Virus record (IMG/VR): IMGVR_UViG_3300008261_003175
Source of the DNA: a virus
Length of the DNA stretch: 64,000 nucleotides
Reading direction: 5' to 3' (one strand)
Positions 19,605-27,375 of this stretch are shown piece by piece. The notes under the pieces are model-generated. The model was not told where the DNA came from and did no database searches. It saw only the letters and a list, made by a program, of their open reading frames with translations. The position numbers were made by a program, and so were the translations under genes. Within the stretch, counting starts at the first letter, position 1, and each line of letters begins with the position of its first letter.

Positions 19605-20085
19605 AAAACAACTATATGAAACAAAGACTCGAAAACTTCTTCTACTTTCTAACCCTTTGGTTCTGCACGTCGGTTATCGTGTTGGCATTCATTGGACTCG
19701 CTTTTAGGGCCGTAGCGCATCTGTGCAAGTGAGATTTCTAGTGTTTAAGTAATTCTGTATTTACAGGCCTACCGGGAAGTTAAATTTTTTTCTTTAGCTT
19801 TTGGCATTTATATTTATCTAAATTCCTTTTTTATTATGGACTATATTAGAACGTGCGATGTGTATCCTACGACAAGATGCAATTGTCCTGAGAGAATGTG
19901 TCGCAGAGAAAAAGCTGAGATAGAGGCCTGGGAGAGCGATAGAAATAATAAGTTGGCCCATCAGCGCAGATTAGACGATCTTATAGAGTTTTAAATCTAC
20001 TTAAAGAGCAAAGACCTTATAAACAATTACGATTGGACTTTTGAAGAAGAAGCTGAGAAATTTCTAAACCAAAGACAAACAAAAT

Positions 20086-20406
20086 ATGAAGGAAATTAAA
20101 ATTGAAGGAGTTTCTGGATGGGACAACATTAAACCTCTAAAGAAAACAAAGCCAGAACCAAAAAGACTAAAGTGGCACACTAGTTACGGATCTATCTATG
20201 TTTATGACGATCAAGGCAACTCGTGTACTATTCAAAGGGGAAATGCTGATCACGTTTACGTAGCTGACATGTATTGCGACAGCGAGCAGTTGGATTGGGC
20301 TGAGTGTGATTACGATTTCTTTAATCACGTTCTGTGTCCGTTCACTTACGAGGATTTGAAAGACTACATTGAGAACTACAGAGACTACGTTGGTACAAGA
20401 TATTAA
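20086..20406 (+). CDS. Hypothetical protein
   Basis: A-rich leader. Confidence 0.6.
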   Translation: MKEIKIEGVSGWDNIKPLKKTKPEPKRLKWHTSYGSIYVYDDQGNSCTIQRGNADHVYVADMYCDSEQLDWAECDYDFFNHVLCPFTYEDLKDYIENYRDYVGTRY

Positions 20407-20589
20407 AAAACAAAAATAAAAGTATATGAAAAAATTAAACGAGGTTATGATGATTATTACGTTTGTAATGGCGGGACTAAGCGCTGCGATGTGCTACAAC
20501 GAGGGATTCAGAATGTGGATTTGGCAAGTTACTTGTATGGCATGGATTGGTAATTCGTATTTATTAACCAAAAGACTAAACAATAAATA

Positions 20590-20787
20590 ATGACAGGACT
20601 AGAAAGGGATTTTTTACACCAGTTGACAAGGATAGCCAATGCTCTAGAGAAGCAGAACGATCTACAAGAGAAAACGTTCGAATCGCTAAACGCTCAAGAG
20701 CCTGCACCTCAACAAACAACAGAAGAGGACGACGAAGAAAAAGCCGATATATCAGAGCTTATAAAGAAGTTATCTAAGTTTAAATAA
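20590..20787 (+). CDS. Hypothetical protein
   Basis: L.RIANALEK motif; acidic tail. Confidence 0.6.
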   Translation: MTGLERDFLHQLTRIANALEKQNDLQEKTFESLNAQEPAPQQTTEEDDEEKADISELIKKLSKFK

Positions 20788-20806
20788 AAAACAAAAAATA
20801 AAAGTT

Positions 20807-21004
20807 ATGATTACAAAATCAATGTTATTGAAAGCGGAAAACAACTACGGCGTTGACGTTGTATTGGAAGTACAAGAGTGCGTAGAAAAAATGGGACTCA
20901 ATAGAGCTTACGATAATTATCATTATTCGGAGCAGTACGATCACGTTAAGTGTTTGGATTATCTATACGCAGAAGACGAATTTGCATCAGGATCTTTTTA
21001 CTAA
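20807..21004 (+). CDS. Hypothetical protein
   Basis: AAATAAAAGTTATG start. Confidence 0.6.
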   Translation: MITKSMLLKAENNYGVDVVLEVQECVEKMGLNRAYDNYHYSEQYDHVKCLDYLYAEDEFASGSFY

Positions 21005-21014
21005 AATATAAACA

Positions 21015-21242
21015 ATGGCAAAAGCAAAAACAACAGAACCAACAGCTGGGATCACATTTATAATCACCGATGCTCAAGTTAAAAAGCTAAATGAGTGGAA
21101 ACAGGCTCACAACACAATTTTCGGATTCTGTGATGAATCTGAGTACGCATATCTTTTCACAAAGACAGAAGACGGTTATAGCGCAGTAGTTAAGAACATT
21201 TATCACGATACAGAGATAGATCTTTGCGATGATGAATCTTAA
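21015..21242 (+). CDS. Hypothetical protein
   Basis: ORF track. Confidence 0.6.
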   Translation: MAKAKTTEPTAGITFIITDAQVKKLNEWKQAHNTIFGFCDESEYAYLFTKTEDGYSAVVKNIYHDTEIDLCDDES

Positions 21243-21253
21243 GAATCTTTAAC

Positions 21254-21327
21254 TGACCCTTAGCTCAGACGGTTAGAGCATCTGACTCATAATCAGAGGG
21301 TCCACGGTTCAAATCCGTGAGGGTCAA
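21254..21327 (+). tRNA. tRNA with CAT anticodon (Ile2-like or Met)
   Basis: Acceptor TGACCCT/AGGGTCA; anticodon arm TCTGA-CTCATAA-TCAGA; T arm CACGG-TTCAAAT-CCGTG. C4:G69 and C5:G68 favour Ile2. Confidence 0.9.
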
Positions 21328-21387
21328 CAAGCAGCTTCTAGGCCAGGGGAACGAAAACTCAGGAACACCTCTCAGAAAGTTGTAAAT

Positions 21388-21510
21388 AGTCAGGTGGCGG
21401 AATGGTAGACGCTATGGCAAGTAACTGAATCCTATGGAAAAGTACAATCCAATTTGGCAGTAAGTGAACCCATACCAGACGTGGAGCAGGTTCGAATCCT
21501 GTCCTGACTA
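21388..21510 (+). ncRNA. tRNA-Leu-like RNA with a 52-nt expanded anticodon loop
   Basis: Acceptor AGTCAGG/CCTGACT; Leu-type D arm TGGCGGAATGGTAGACGC; TATGG/CCATA stem; variable hairpin CCA-GACG-TGG; T loop TTCGAAT. Confidence 0.7.
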
Positions 21511-21593
21511 CAATATACTATCCGCTTTAAGCATCCGACAGTAACATCGGACTGAGGAATGTAGATGGTAAGGGGTAAGGAAAAGACCAAAAT

Positions 21594-21670
21594 AGTCAGG
21601 TGTGTATTAAAAGGACACAGCATCCAACGGATGAACGGCGGAAGTACAGGTTCGACTCCTGTCCTGACTA
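21594..21670 (+). ncRNA. tRNA-like RNA with the same acceptor stem and near-identical T arm, degenerate D and anticodon arms
   Basis: AGTCAGG...ACAGG-TTCGACT-CCTGT-CCTGACT-A; CATCC-AAC-GGATG hairpin in place of a 7-nt-loop anticodon arm. Confidence 0.65.
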
Positions 21671-21757
21671 CGAGGGGAAATAATCTCAACCAGCCCTAGT
21701 ATCATATTATAGGCGCCAATGTTGGTAAGGTTGACAAACGGGGAAAGACCCGTATAT

Positions 21758-21828
21758 TGTGACGTGATGTAACGGTAACATTACAGATTTTGATTCTGTC
21801 CTTCATGGTTCGAATCCATGCGTCACAT
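21758..21828 (+). tRNA. tRNA-Gln(TTG)
   Basis: Acceptor TGTGACG/CGTCACA; ACAGA-TTTTGAT-TCTGT; CATGG-TTCGAAT-CCATG. Confidence 0.9.
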
Positions 21829-21833
21829 CAATA

Positions 21834-21905
21834 GCCGCGTTGGTCAAGGGGTTAAGACGTGTCCCTTTCACGGACAAATCACGGGTTCGATTCCCGTACG
21901 TGGTA
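21834..21905 (+). tRNA. tRNA-Glu(TTC)
   Basis: Acceptor GCCGCGT/ACGTGGT; TGTCC-CTTTCAC-GGACA; ACGGG-TTCGATT-CCCGT. Confidence 0.9.
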
Positions 21906-21920
21906 CTAAAACTTTTAATT

Positions 21921-22196
21921 ATGAAAAAAATCATCTTCGCTGCGCTAGTCGGTATAGTGCTGACAGCAGCAACAATTCCACAGTTCTTTTATTATAATCA
22001 AACAAGAAAAGCTATTGCCGTTAGAGACGACCAAGAAGGCACTCTAGTGATTAGAACCTCAACAGGTGTACAAGTAATGGCAGCTCAGTATCCAGCTAAT
22101 AGAAGTTGGTGGATTAGCGTTACTAAACTAGCTCCTGGATTCTATACAGCAATGACACCAGACGGAGCGATCATTACTTTCTACAAGCGTCCTTAA
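21921..22196 (+). CDS. Signal peptide plus T9SS type A CTD-like small protein
   Basis: MKKIIFAALVGIVLTAA signal; IRTSTGVQV, ISVTKLAPGFY and TFYK resemble the CTD motifs. Confidence 0.55.
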   Translation: MKKIIFAALVGIVLTAATIPQFFYYNQTRKAIAVRDDQEGTLVIRTSTGVQVMAAQYPANRSWWISVTKLAPGFYTAMTPDGAIITFYKRP

Positions 22197-22279
22197 AAAC
22201 AAGTTAATATGATACTTTTATTAATTGTAGTACTAGCTATTATTTACGGTGCTATCGTACTACTAAAACAAGACAAGTT

Positions 22280-22540
22280 ATGAAGAAACTAATATTACTA
22301 CTAACAGTGTTATCCTCCTGTGTAGTATTTAAACCTCGTCCTGAGCCAAGGTATTGTGTTGTAGTGGATGAAGTAATCTATAAAAAGAATAACACAGCAT
22401 CTATTAGACCAAGAAGTAACAAGAAAGGACCGGAGTGGTGGACAGGCACAACTATATGGTTTAGGTATCCAAATCACAACATACACAGAGGAGACACAGT
22501 AGAGATAACTATGAAGGACGCTATTGGACCAAGATTCTAA
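22280..22540 (+). CDS. Lipoprotein
   Basis: MKKLILLLTVLSSC lipobox. Confidence 0.7.
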   Translation: MKKLILLLTVLSSCVVFKPRPEPRYCVVVDEVIYKKNNTASIRPRSNKKGPEWWTGTTIWFRYPNHNIHRGDTVEITMKDAIGPRF

Positions 22541-22558
22541 TCAACCAAATAAAAATAT

Positions 22559-22963
22559 ATGACAATAGCTATAGTAGCACACGACAATAAAAAAGCGGAC
22601 ATAGTAGCATTCGTTCTAAAGAGAATTGAGTTTTTTAAACGCAAAGACATCAAGATCATATCCACAGGCACCACAGGCACGCACATGAAGCATGCAGGAT
22701 TAGAGAACGTAGAGTGCTTAAAATCAGGACCATTGGGAGGTGACGCTCAAATAGCCTCTCGATTGGTAGAAGGCAGTGTCGACGCAGTTATATTCTTTAT
22801 CGATCCGCTCTATTCCCATCCTCACGAAGTAGATATACATATGTTAATGAGATTGTGTAATGTATACGATATACCGTTAGTAACCAATTACTCAACAGCA
22901 TCATATCTAATTAAAGGATTAAAATACGAGCAAAATAAAATTTCAAAAAAAGTAGATTCTTAG
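22559..22963 (+). CDS. mgsA: Methylglyoxal synthase
   Basis: AHDNKK, STGTTG, SGPLGGDAQI, FFIDPL and PHEVD motifs. Confidence 0.92.
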   Translation: MTIAIVAHDNKKADIVAFVLKRIEFFKRKDIKIISTGTTGTHMKHAGLENVECLKSGPLGGDAQIASRLVEGSVDAVIFFIDPLYSHPHEVDIHMLMRLCNVYDIPLVTNYSTASYLIKGLKYEQNKISKKVDS

Positions 22964-23027
22964 TATTTTTGTTTATATTTATAATGGATATTATGAAAAA
23001 TCGAGCGTTAAATTTATTATAAAAAAT

Positions 23028-23057
23028 AGAAAGGAGATATTAATTCTCCTTTTTTTA
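23028..23057 (+). terminator. Intrinsic terminator-like hairpin upstream of the aaRS-like gene
   Basis: AAAGGAGA-TATTAAT-TCTCCTTT followed by a T run. Confidence 0.65.
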
Positions 23058-23085
23058 TGCTTATTATCGAACAAAAATAAAAACT

Positions 23086-23910
23086 ATGTACAACACAACA
23101 ATCTACGACGAATTAGTCCAAAAAATGAGAACTTTCTTCCTTGAAAAAGGCTACAAGGAAGTACCCGCGCAATCAAGATTATCGATCTTAGCGGCTTGCG
23201 AAAATCCACACTCTATTACTACTTTCGCCTATCAAGGAGAAGTATGGCCATTACCGCAAACAGGGCAAATGTGGTTAGAGTACGAACTGCTTAAAAATCC
23301 TGAATGGCCAGGAGTATTTTGTTTAACGACTTCTTATAGACAAGAAAAAAATCCAATTGCAGGCAGACACGAATTGATTTTTCCGATGTTTGAGTTTGAA
23401 AGTAAGGGCAATATGATCGATCTAGAAAATCTAGAGAACGAATTGCTTGCTCACCTGGGATTCGATAAACCAACGCAAGTTGATTACGATTCTTTGTGTA
23501 ACAAATACGATACTTCTATTTTAGAAGCAGAGCACGAAACAAAAATGTGGAATGAAATAGGTTCTGTTATATCTTTACAAAACTTCCCAATCAGAACTAA
23601 TCCGTTTTGGAATATGAAACATCAAGGAGGCGGAGTATTCAATAAGATAGACGTAATCTTGTACGGACAAGAAACGATAGGTAGCGCTGAAAGAAGTTGC
23701 GACGTAGAAAAGATGAGAGAGATGTTCTACACGATAGAGAATGGAAACTACTGCGCTAAATTATTCGAGCTGTTCGGAAAAGAAAGAGTAGAAAAAGAGT
23801 TAGAAGAGTTTTTATCTTTTAATTTCTTTCCAAGATTCGGAGCTGGTATAGGTATGACGAGACTAGCAAGAGCGTATGAGATATTGAAAGAGCAAGAAAT
23901 GTTTTTGTGA
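23086..23910 (+). CDS. Class II aaRS catalytic-domain-only protein (AsnRS/AspRS-like; archaeal asparagine-synthetase-like)
   Basis: Motif 1 R.FF...GY.EV, motif 2 SYRQE....RH...F.MFEFE, ETIGSAER, motif 3 GAGIGMTRL; no OB-fold anticodon domain. Confidence 0.8.
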   Translation: MYNTTIYDELVQKMRTFFLEKGYKEVPAQSRLSILAACENPHSITTFAYQGEVWPLPQTGQMWLEYELLKNPEWPGVFCLTTSYRQEKNPIAGRHELIFPMFEFESKGNMIDLENLENELLAHLGFDKPTQVDYDSLCNKYDTSILEAEHETKMWNEIGSVISLQNFPIRTNPFWNMKHQGGGVFNKIDVILYGQETIGSAERSCDVEKMREMFYTIENGNYCAKLFELFGKERVEKELEEFLSFNFFPRFGAGIGMTRLARAYEILKEQEMFL

Positions 23911-23920
23911 TAACTAAGAT

Positions 23921-23965
23921 CCAATCAGTTATGTATTAATAAAAAAAATATATGTAACTGATTGG
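23921..23965. repeat. 11-bp perfect inverted repeat CCAATCAGTTA/TAACTGATTGG
   Basis: Read directly from the sequence. Confidence 0.85.
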
Positions 23966-24037
23966 TTCTCCCTGAAGTATTTTCAAAAATAGTCGCTTAT
24001 TAATTTCTCCACGTCGTAGCAAAGCAGTACTTTTACC
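23955..24037 (+). promoter_or_regulatory. Putative early promoter element, copy 2
   Basis: Collinear with 13942-14023. Confidence 0.5.
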
Positions 24038-24085
24038 CTAATCGCCCAATATCGGTCGGTATATAATAAAAAAAATTAATAAGTT

Positions 24086-25210
24086 ATGGCACTATCTAAT
24101 CGCAGTCTTTCGCAAGCAAAACAAGTATTAGCGGACATTTTGTACTCTCACGTAGACGTTATCGTTACTCGTGCTGCTTTAGACAAAAGAATTGAATTGA
24201 TTAAGTTTCCCTATCTCAAGCCTTCTCACGATCGACATCAGAAAAATAAAACTCTTTATGTGAGTCGACAATACGATCCTATCCGTTATTGGTTAATTAA
24301 AAATAAATTTCTTACTCAGAATTACGAGAGCGGAAAATATATTTACACTGTTAACAGAGATATTATAAGTGCTTTCTTACGAGCAGAAAACGACAGAGTA
24401 CAATCTAACAACAATAAAACAAAAAAACAAAAAGTTATGACGAAGAAGGAAAGAGTGTTTAGACACATTGAAGACAACGGTAATGCAATGCGTTACACAG
24501 ACATTATCAAGTTTGCTTATGAAATTACTCACGGTACGGGTTCATTCGATAAGAGAGAGAATCGTGGCTATTATGCGTGCGCGTTTACTTACCATTCATA
24601 TTGGAGTGCAATGTTTGGTGGACAACGTAAAAAAAATATTGGTTCACCAAAAGGTCATTTCGTTATTCCAACCAAAAGCGGTCACTTAATTAAATTGCCA
24701 AATGGACTTTGGAGTGTTGTTCGTCCTTCAAATTGGAAGCGCGATAATATTGAAATGCCTAAATCAAAATCGCACAGTAATTCCGTAACGGTAATATCTA
24801 AAGAAGAATATGAATCCATGTGTTGCGTCTTAAAGAAATACAACATTACGGCTAATGAGCTAGATAATTTAGCTACAGAGTATTTTCATAAAAAAAATGG
24901 CGATGGCGCATCTTGTTATCAATGGGCATATTATGATTTGTTAGAAAAAGCTGGCGTTATTTCAGACACAACAAAAGAATTACAAAAAGAAATAGATGCT
25001 TTAGCTGATCACATAATCGCTCAAAATAAACCTAAAGAAACTATGTACGCAGTCGTATCTGAATTTTCTGTGTTAGAAGGCATTCTTACAAAATCAGAAT
25101 TGGAATTGTTCTTCAGCGAAGACAGAGACGTTAATAAGTACATGATATTCGAAGCCGGTAATTCGGTTCAGATCGAGAAAAAAGTAACAACTACAATCAC
25201 AATAAAATAA
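24086..25210 (+). CDS. Multi-domain hypothetical protein with possible internal start at 24437
   Basis: Internal AAAAGTTATG; the segment after it is paralogous to 17534-17830. Confidence 0.65.
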   Translation: MALSNRSLSQAKQVLADILYSHVDVIVTRAALDKRIELIKFPYLKPSHDRHQKNKTLYVSRQYDPIRYWLIKNKFLTQNYESGKYIYTVNRDIISAFLRAENDRVQSNNNKTKKQKVMTKKERVFRHIEDNGNAMRYTDIIKFAYEITHGTGSFDKRENRGYYACAFTYHSYWSAMFGGQRKKNIGSPKGHFVIPTKSGHLIKLPNGLWSVVRPSNWKRDNIEMPKSKSHSNSVTVISKEEYESMCCVLKKYNITANELDNLATEYFHKKNGDGASCYQWAYYDLLEKAGVISDTTKELQKEIDALADHIIAQNKPKETMYAVVSEFSVLEGILTKSELELFFSEDRDVNKYMIFEAGNSVQIEKKVTTTITIK

Positions 25211-25216
25211 TTAGTT

Positions 25217-25435
25217 ATGAAAAAACACATTTACGTAAAAGACAAATATAGAAAGAATCCTCTATCGTTAATACCAGGAGGACACGAAGTAACTATAATA
25301 TATGCAGATGGCTTCTCTCAAACTTACGATAAAGTCAAGAGTCCTAAAGCATTCATTTCAAAAATCAGTAACGATCCTAAGCGACCTCACAAAATGGTTT
25401 CTATAACCGTAGATGGCGAACCATTTATGCAATAA
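25217..25435 (+). CDS. Hypothetical protein
   Basis: GTTATG start. Confidence 0.65.
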   Translation: MKKHIYVKDKYRKNPLSLIPGGHEVTIIYADGFSQTYDKVKSPKAFISKISNDPKRPHKMVSITVDGEPFMQ

Positions 25436-25477
25436 TATTCGCAATGTTCACATATTTATTAATAAAAAAATAAAATA

Positions 25478-26533
25478 ATGAAAGATTTTAATTTACAAAA
25501 ATATCTTAAAGATAATCCTTTGACTCAGAAAAAACAAGTCTTGAAAAAAGGAAAAATAAATGAAGCATTCGAAGGATTCAACGGAGTTAGATCTATTGCG
25601 CCTATTCACGAAGCTCCTATTCAAACAAGAAATTCTAACTTTGATCCTACAGATATGGCGAATTATGACGAAGAATCTCGTCCAAATAAATGGATAGCTG
25701 ATATTGATCGTTTGCAACCTGAATACGGCGATTGGAAAGCGTCTTACGAATATCCAGGCATAATTGTTTGGTCTCATGCAGATATTCCAGACGCTATGGT
25801 TGTTGCTACTCCAGGTTGGGACGGCAAAGGCACTCCAGTAGAATTTCAATCTGTAAAAGGTTCTCACCAAATGTTGAAAGTCTTAGATCAAGATGATTTT
25901 CCTAATATAAAAGCGTACATCACGGCAATCGCTCCTTATCTTGATATGGTTGAAGATGCTAATCTAAATCCTACAAGTACTGATTACGAGAAGAGTCCTA
26001 TTAAAGCTCCAGGAATGGGAGAATTTCAAGGCTTACATGAAGGTTTGCCAAGAATGAAAACTCTTTTTGTATTAGATTATGGATCTGGTACAGTTTATGA
26101 GAAAGCAATTCCTGCTAATATGCAGTCTGAAGAAATTGAAGAGATGCTTGCTGACGAATACGGTATGAATCCAGCCGACGTATATTATATGATTACTGAT
26201 AAAAATCAAGTGGAGAATCTTGATGACGCTACTTTTGATGAAGGTTATATGGGAACTCAATATGATTCTTCTGAGGACATGGCAGTAGATATGGTAAAAA
26301 AGGGTATAAGAGAAGACGACTATAAAAGTATGACGGCCGATAAAGGTTGGGAATACGATGATGATGAAATGGAAAAACCAAGTAGAATCTCAGGTCTTGT
26401 AGATCAAAGAGAACTTGCTAAATTTAAAGAAGCTGTTATGGCAATCGCTCAAGATTTGGATAACGAAGGATTTGATTCTATCGATATCAAAAAATTCTTG
26501 AAAGATCAACTTGATGACATGATTATTGCTTAA
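25478..26533 (+). CDS. Acidic putative head-internal protein (F.LQKYL..N.LT leader)
   Basis: CATATTTAT upstream; leader shared with 60804; repeated xxE junctions. Confidence 0.6.
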   Translation: MKDFNLQKYLKDNPLTQKKQVLKKGKINEAFEGFNGVRSIAPIHEAPIQTRNSNFDPTDMANYDEESRPNKWIADIDRLQPEYGDWKASYEYPGIIVWSHADIPDAMVVATPGWDGKGTPVEFQSVKGSHQMLKVLDQDDFPNIKAYITAIAPYLDMVEDANLNPTSTDYEKSPIKAPGMGEFQGLHEGLPRMKTLFVLDYGSGTVYEKAIPANMQSEEIEEMLADEYGMNPADVYYMITDKNQVENLDDATFDEGYMGTQYDSSEDMAVDMVKKGIREDDYKSMTADKGWEYDDDEMEKPSRISGLVDQRELAKFKEAVMAIAQDLDNEGFDSIDIKKFLKDQLDDMIIA

Positions 26534-26556
26534 TAAAATAATGCAACACAAAAGAT

Positions 26557-26582
26557 AAAGCCCTCTTTTTGGGGGTTTTTTA
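26557..26582 (+). terminator. Intrinsic terminator
   Basis: AAAGCCCTC-TTTTT-GGGGGTTTT followed by a T run. Confidence 0.65.
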
Positions 26583-26605
26583 TTATATTTAATTAAATAA
26601 AAGTT

Positions 26606-27361
26606 ATGCGATTAGATATTTCCCCTTACAACACAAGACAAGAGCAATACAGAGACGATCCATTCAAGATGCTCATGATATGCTTTATGCTCAATCAGAC
26701 GAGTCACAAACAAGTCGACCAGATACGCGAAGAGTTTTTCAATAGGTTTCCTGATGCAGAGAGTTTTGTATTGGCAGAAGAATCGGAAATAGCTCAGATG
26801 ATAAAAATTTTAGGCTTCTACAACAAAAGAGCTAAGGCATGGAGACAGTTTGCTTTCGAATGGATAGCAGCAGTAGACAAATTCGGTGGCACAAACATTC
26901 CAGTAGAAGAGTTAGCCAAAATGAAAGGAATCGGCAAATACGCTCTTGACTCTTGGAAGGTGTTTCAGCTTTACGATTACGATATAGAAGTAGACGACCA
27001 CGTTCTGAATTGGTACGTTGATTGGGCAAGAGTAGAAAAAGAGAGACTTATCAGAGAGAGCAAACCTTGGAAACCTATGAGCGTTTATTATTTACATTTC
27101 GAAGACAGTAGAGAGGTAGTTCCAAATTGGAAAAATTGCAAGGACTATGTGTGTTGCGTTATGGCGAGAACTCAAAAAGAGGCTATAGAAGTTACTCAAT
27201 ATGTCGCACTAGGTCAGAAAAAAGCCAAACACGTGAAAATACTAGGAATAGGTCACTGCAAAGAAGAGTGGACCATGTGCGAACAACCTATGACAACAGA
27301 CGAACAAGCGCTGCGCGCACAATTAGATGCGATGCGGGAAAGAATGAAATCTAAATATTAA
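26606..27361 (+). CDS. HhH DNA glycosylase, MBD4-like
   Basis: DPFKMLMICFMLNQTS, LGFYNKRA, GIGKYALDSW and DH.L..Y..W are collinear with the MBD4 glycosylase domain. Confidence 0.8.
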   Translation: MRLDISPYNTRQEQYRDDPFKMLMICFMLNQTSHKQVDQIREEFFNRFPDAESFVLAEESEIAQMIKILGFYNKRAKAWRQFAFEWIAAVDKFGGTNIPVEELAKMKGIGKYALDSWKVFQLYDYDIEVDDHVLNWYVDWARVEKERLIRESKPWKPMSVYYLHFEDSREVVPNWKNCKDYVCCVMARTQKEAIEVTQYVALGQKKAKHVKILGIGHCKEEWTMCEQPMTTDEQALRAQLDAMRERMKSKY

Positions 27362-27375
27362 TATATTTATTTTAT

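Noticed and set aside
21328-21387. Theta (HDV-like) ribozyme after the tRNA, or a glycine aptamer (CTCTCAG)
   Set aside because: No nested double pseudoknot starting at the tRNA 3' end; the other glycine-aptamer motifs are missing.
21418-21469. Group I intron in the tRNA-Leu-like gene
   Set aside because: 52 nt is far too short, and no P7 core is visible.
21545-21590. CTGAGGA...GAAA as a hammerhead ribozyme core
   Set aside because: I could not build stem II or a GAAA-stem III-NUH junction.
21432-21689. 85-aa minus-strand ORF
   Set aside because: Antisense shadow of the tRNA-like RNAs.
21840-21920. N-terminal extension of ORF 21840-22196
   Set aside because: Overlaps tRNA-Glu; ATG at 21921 gives a clean signal peptide.
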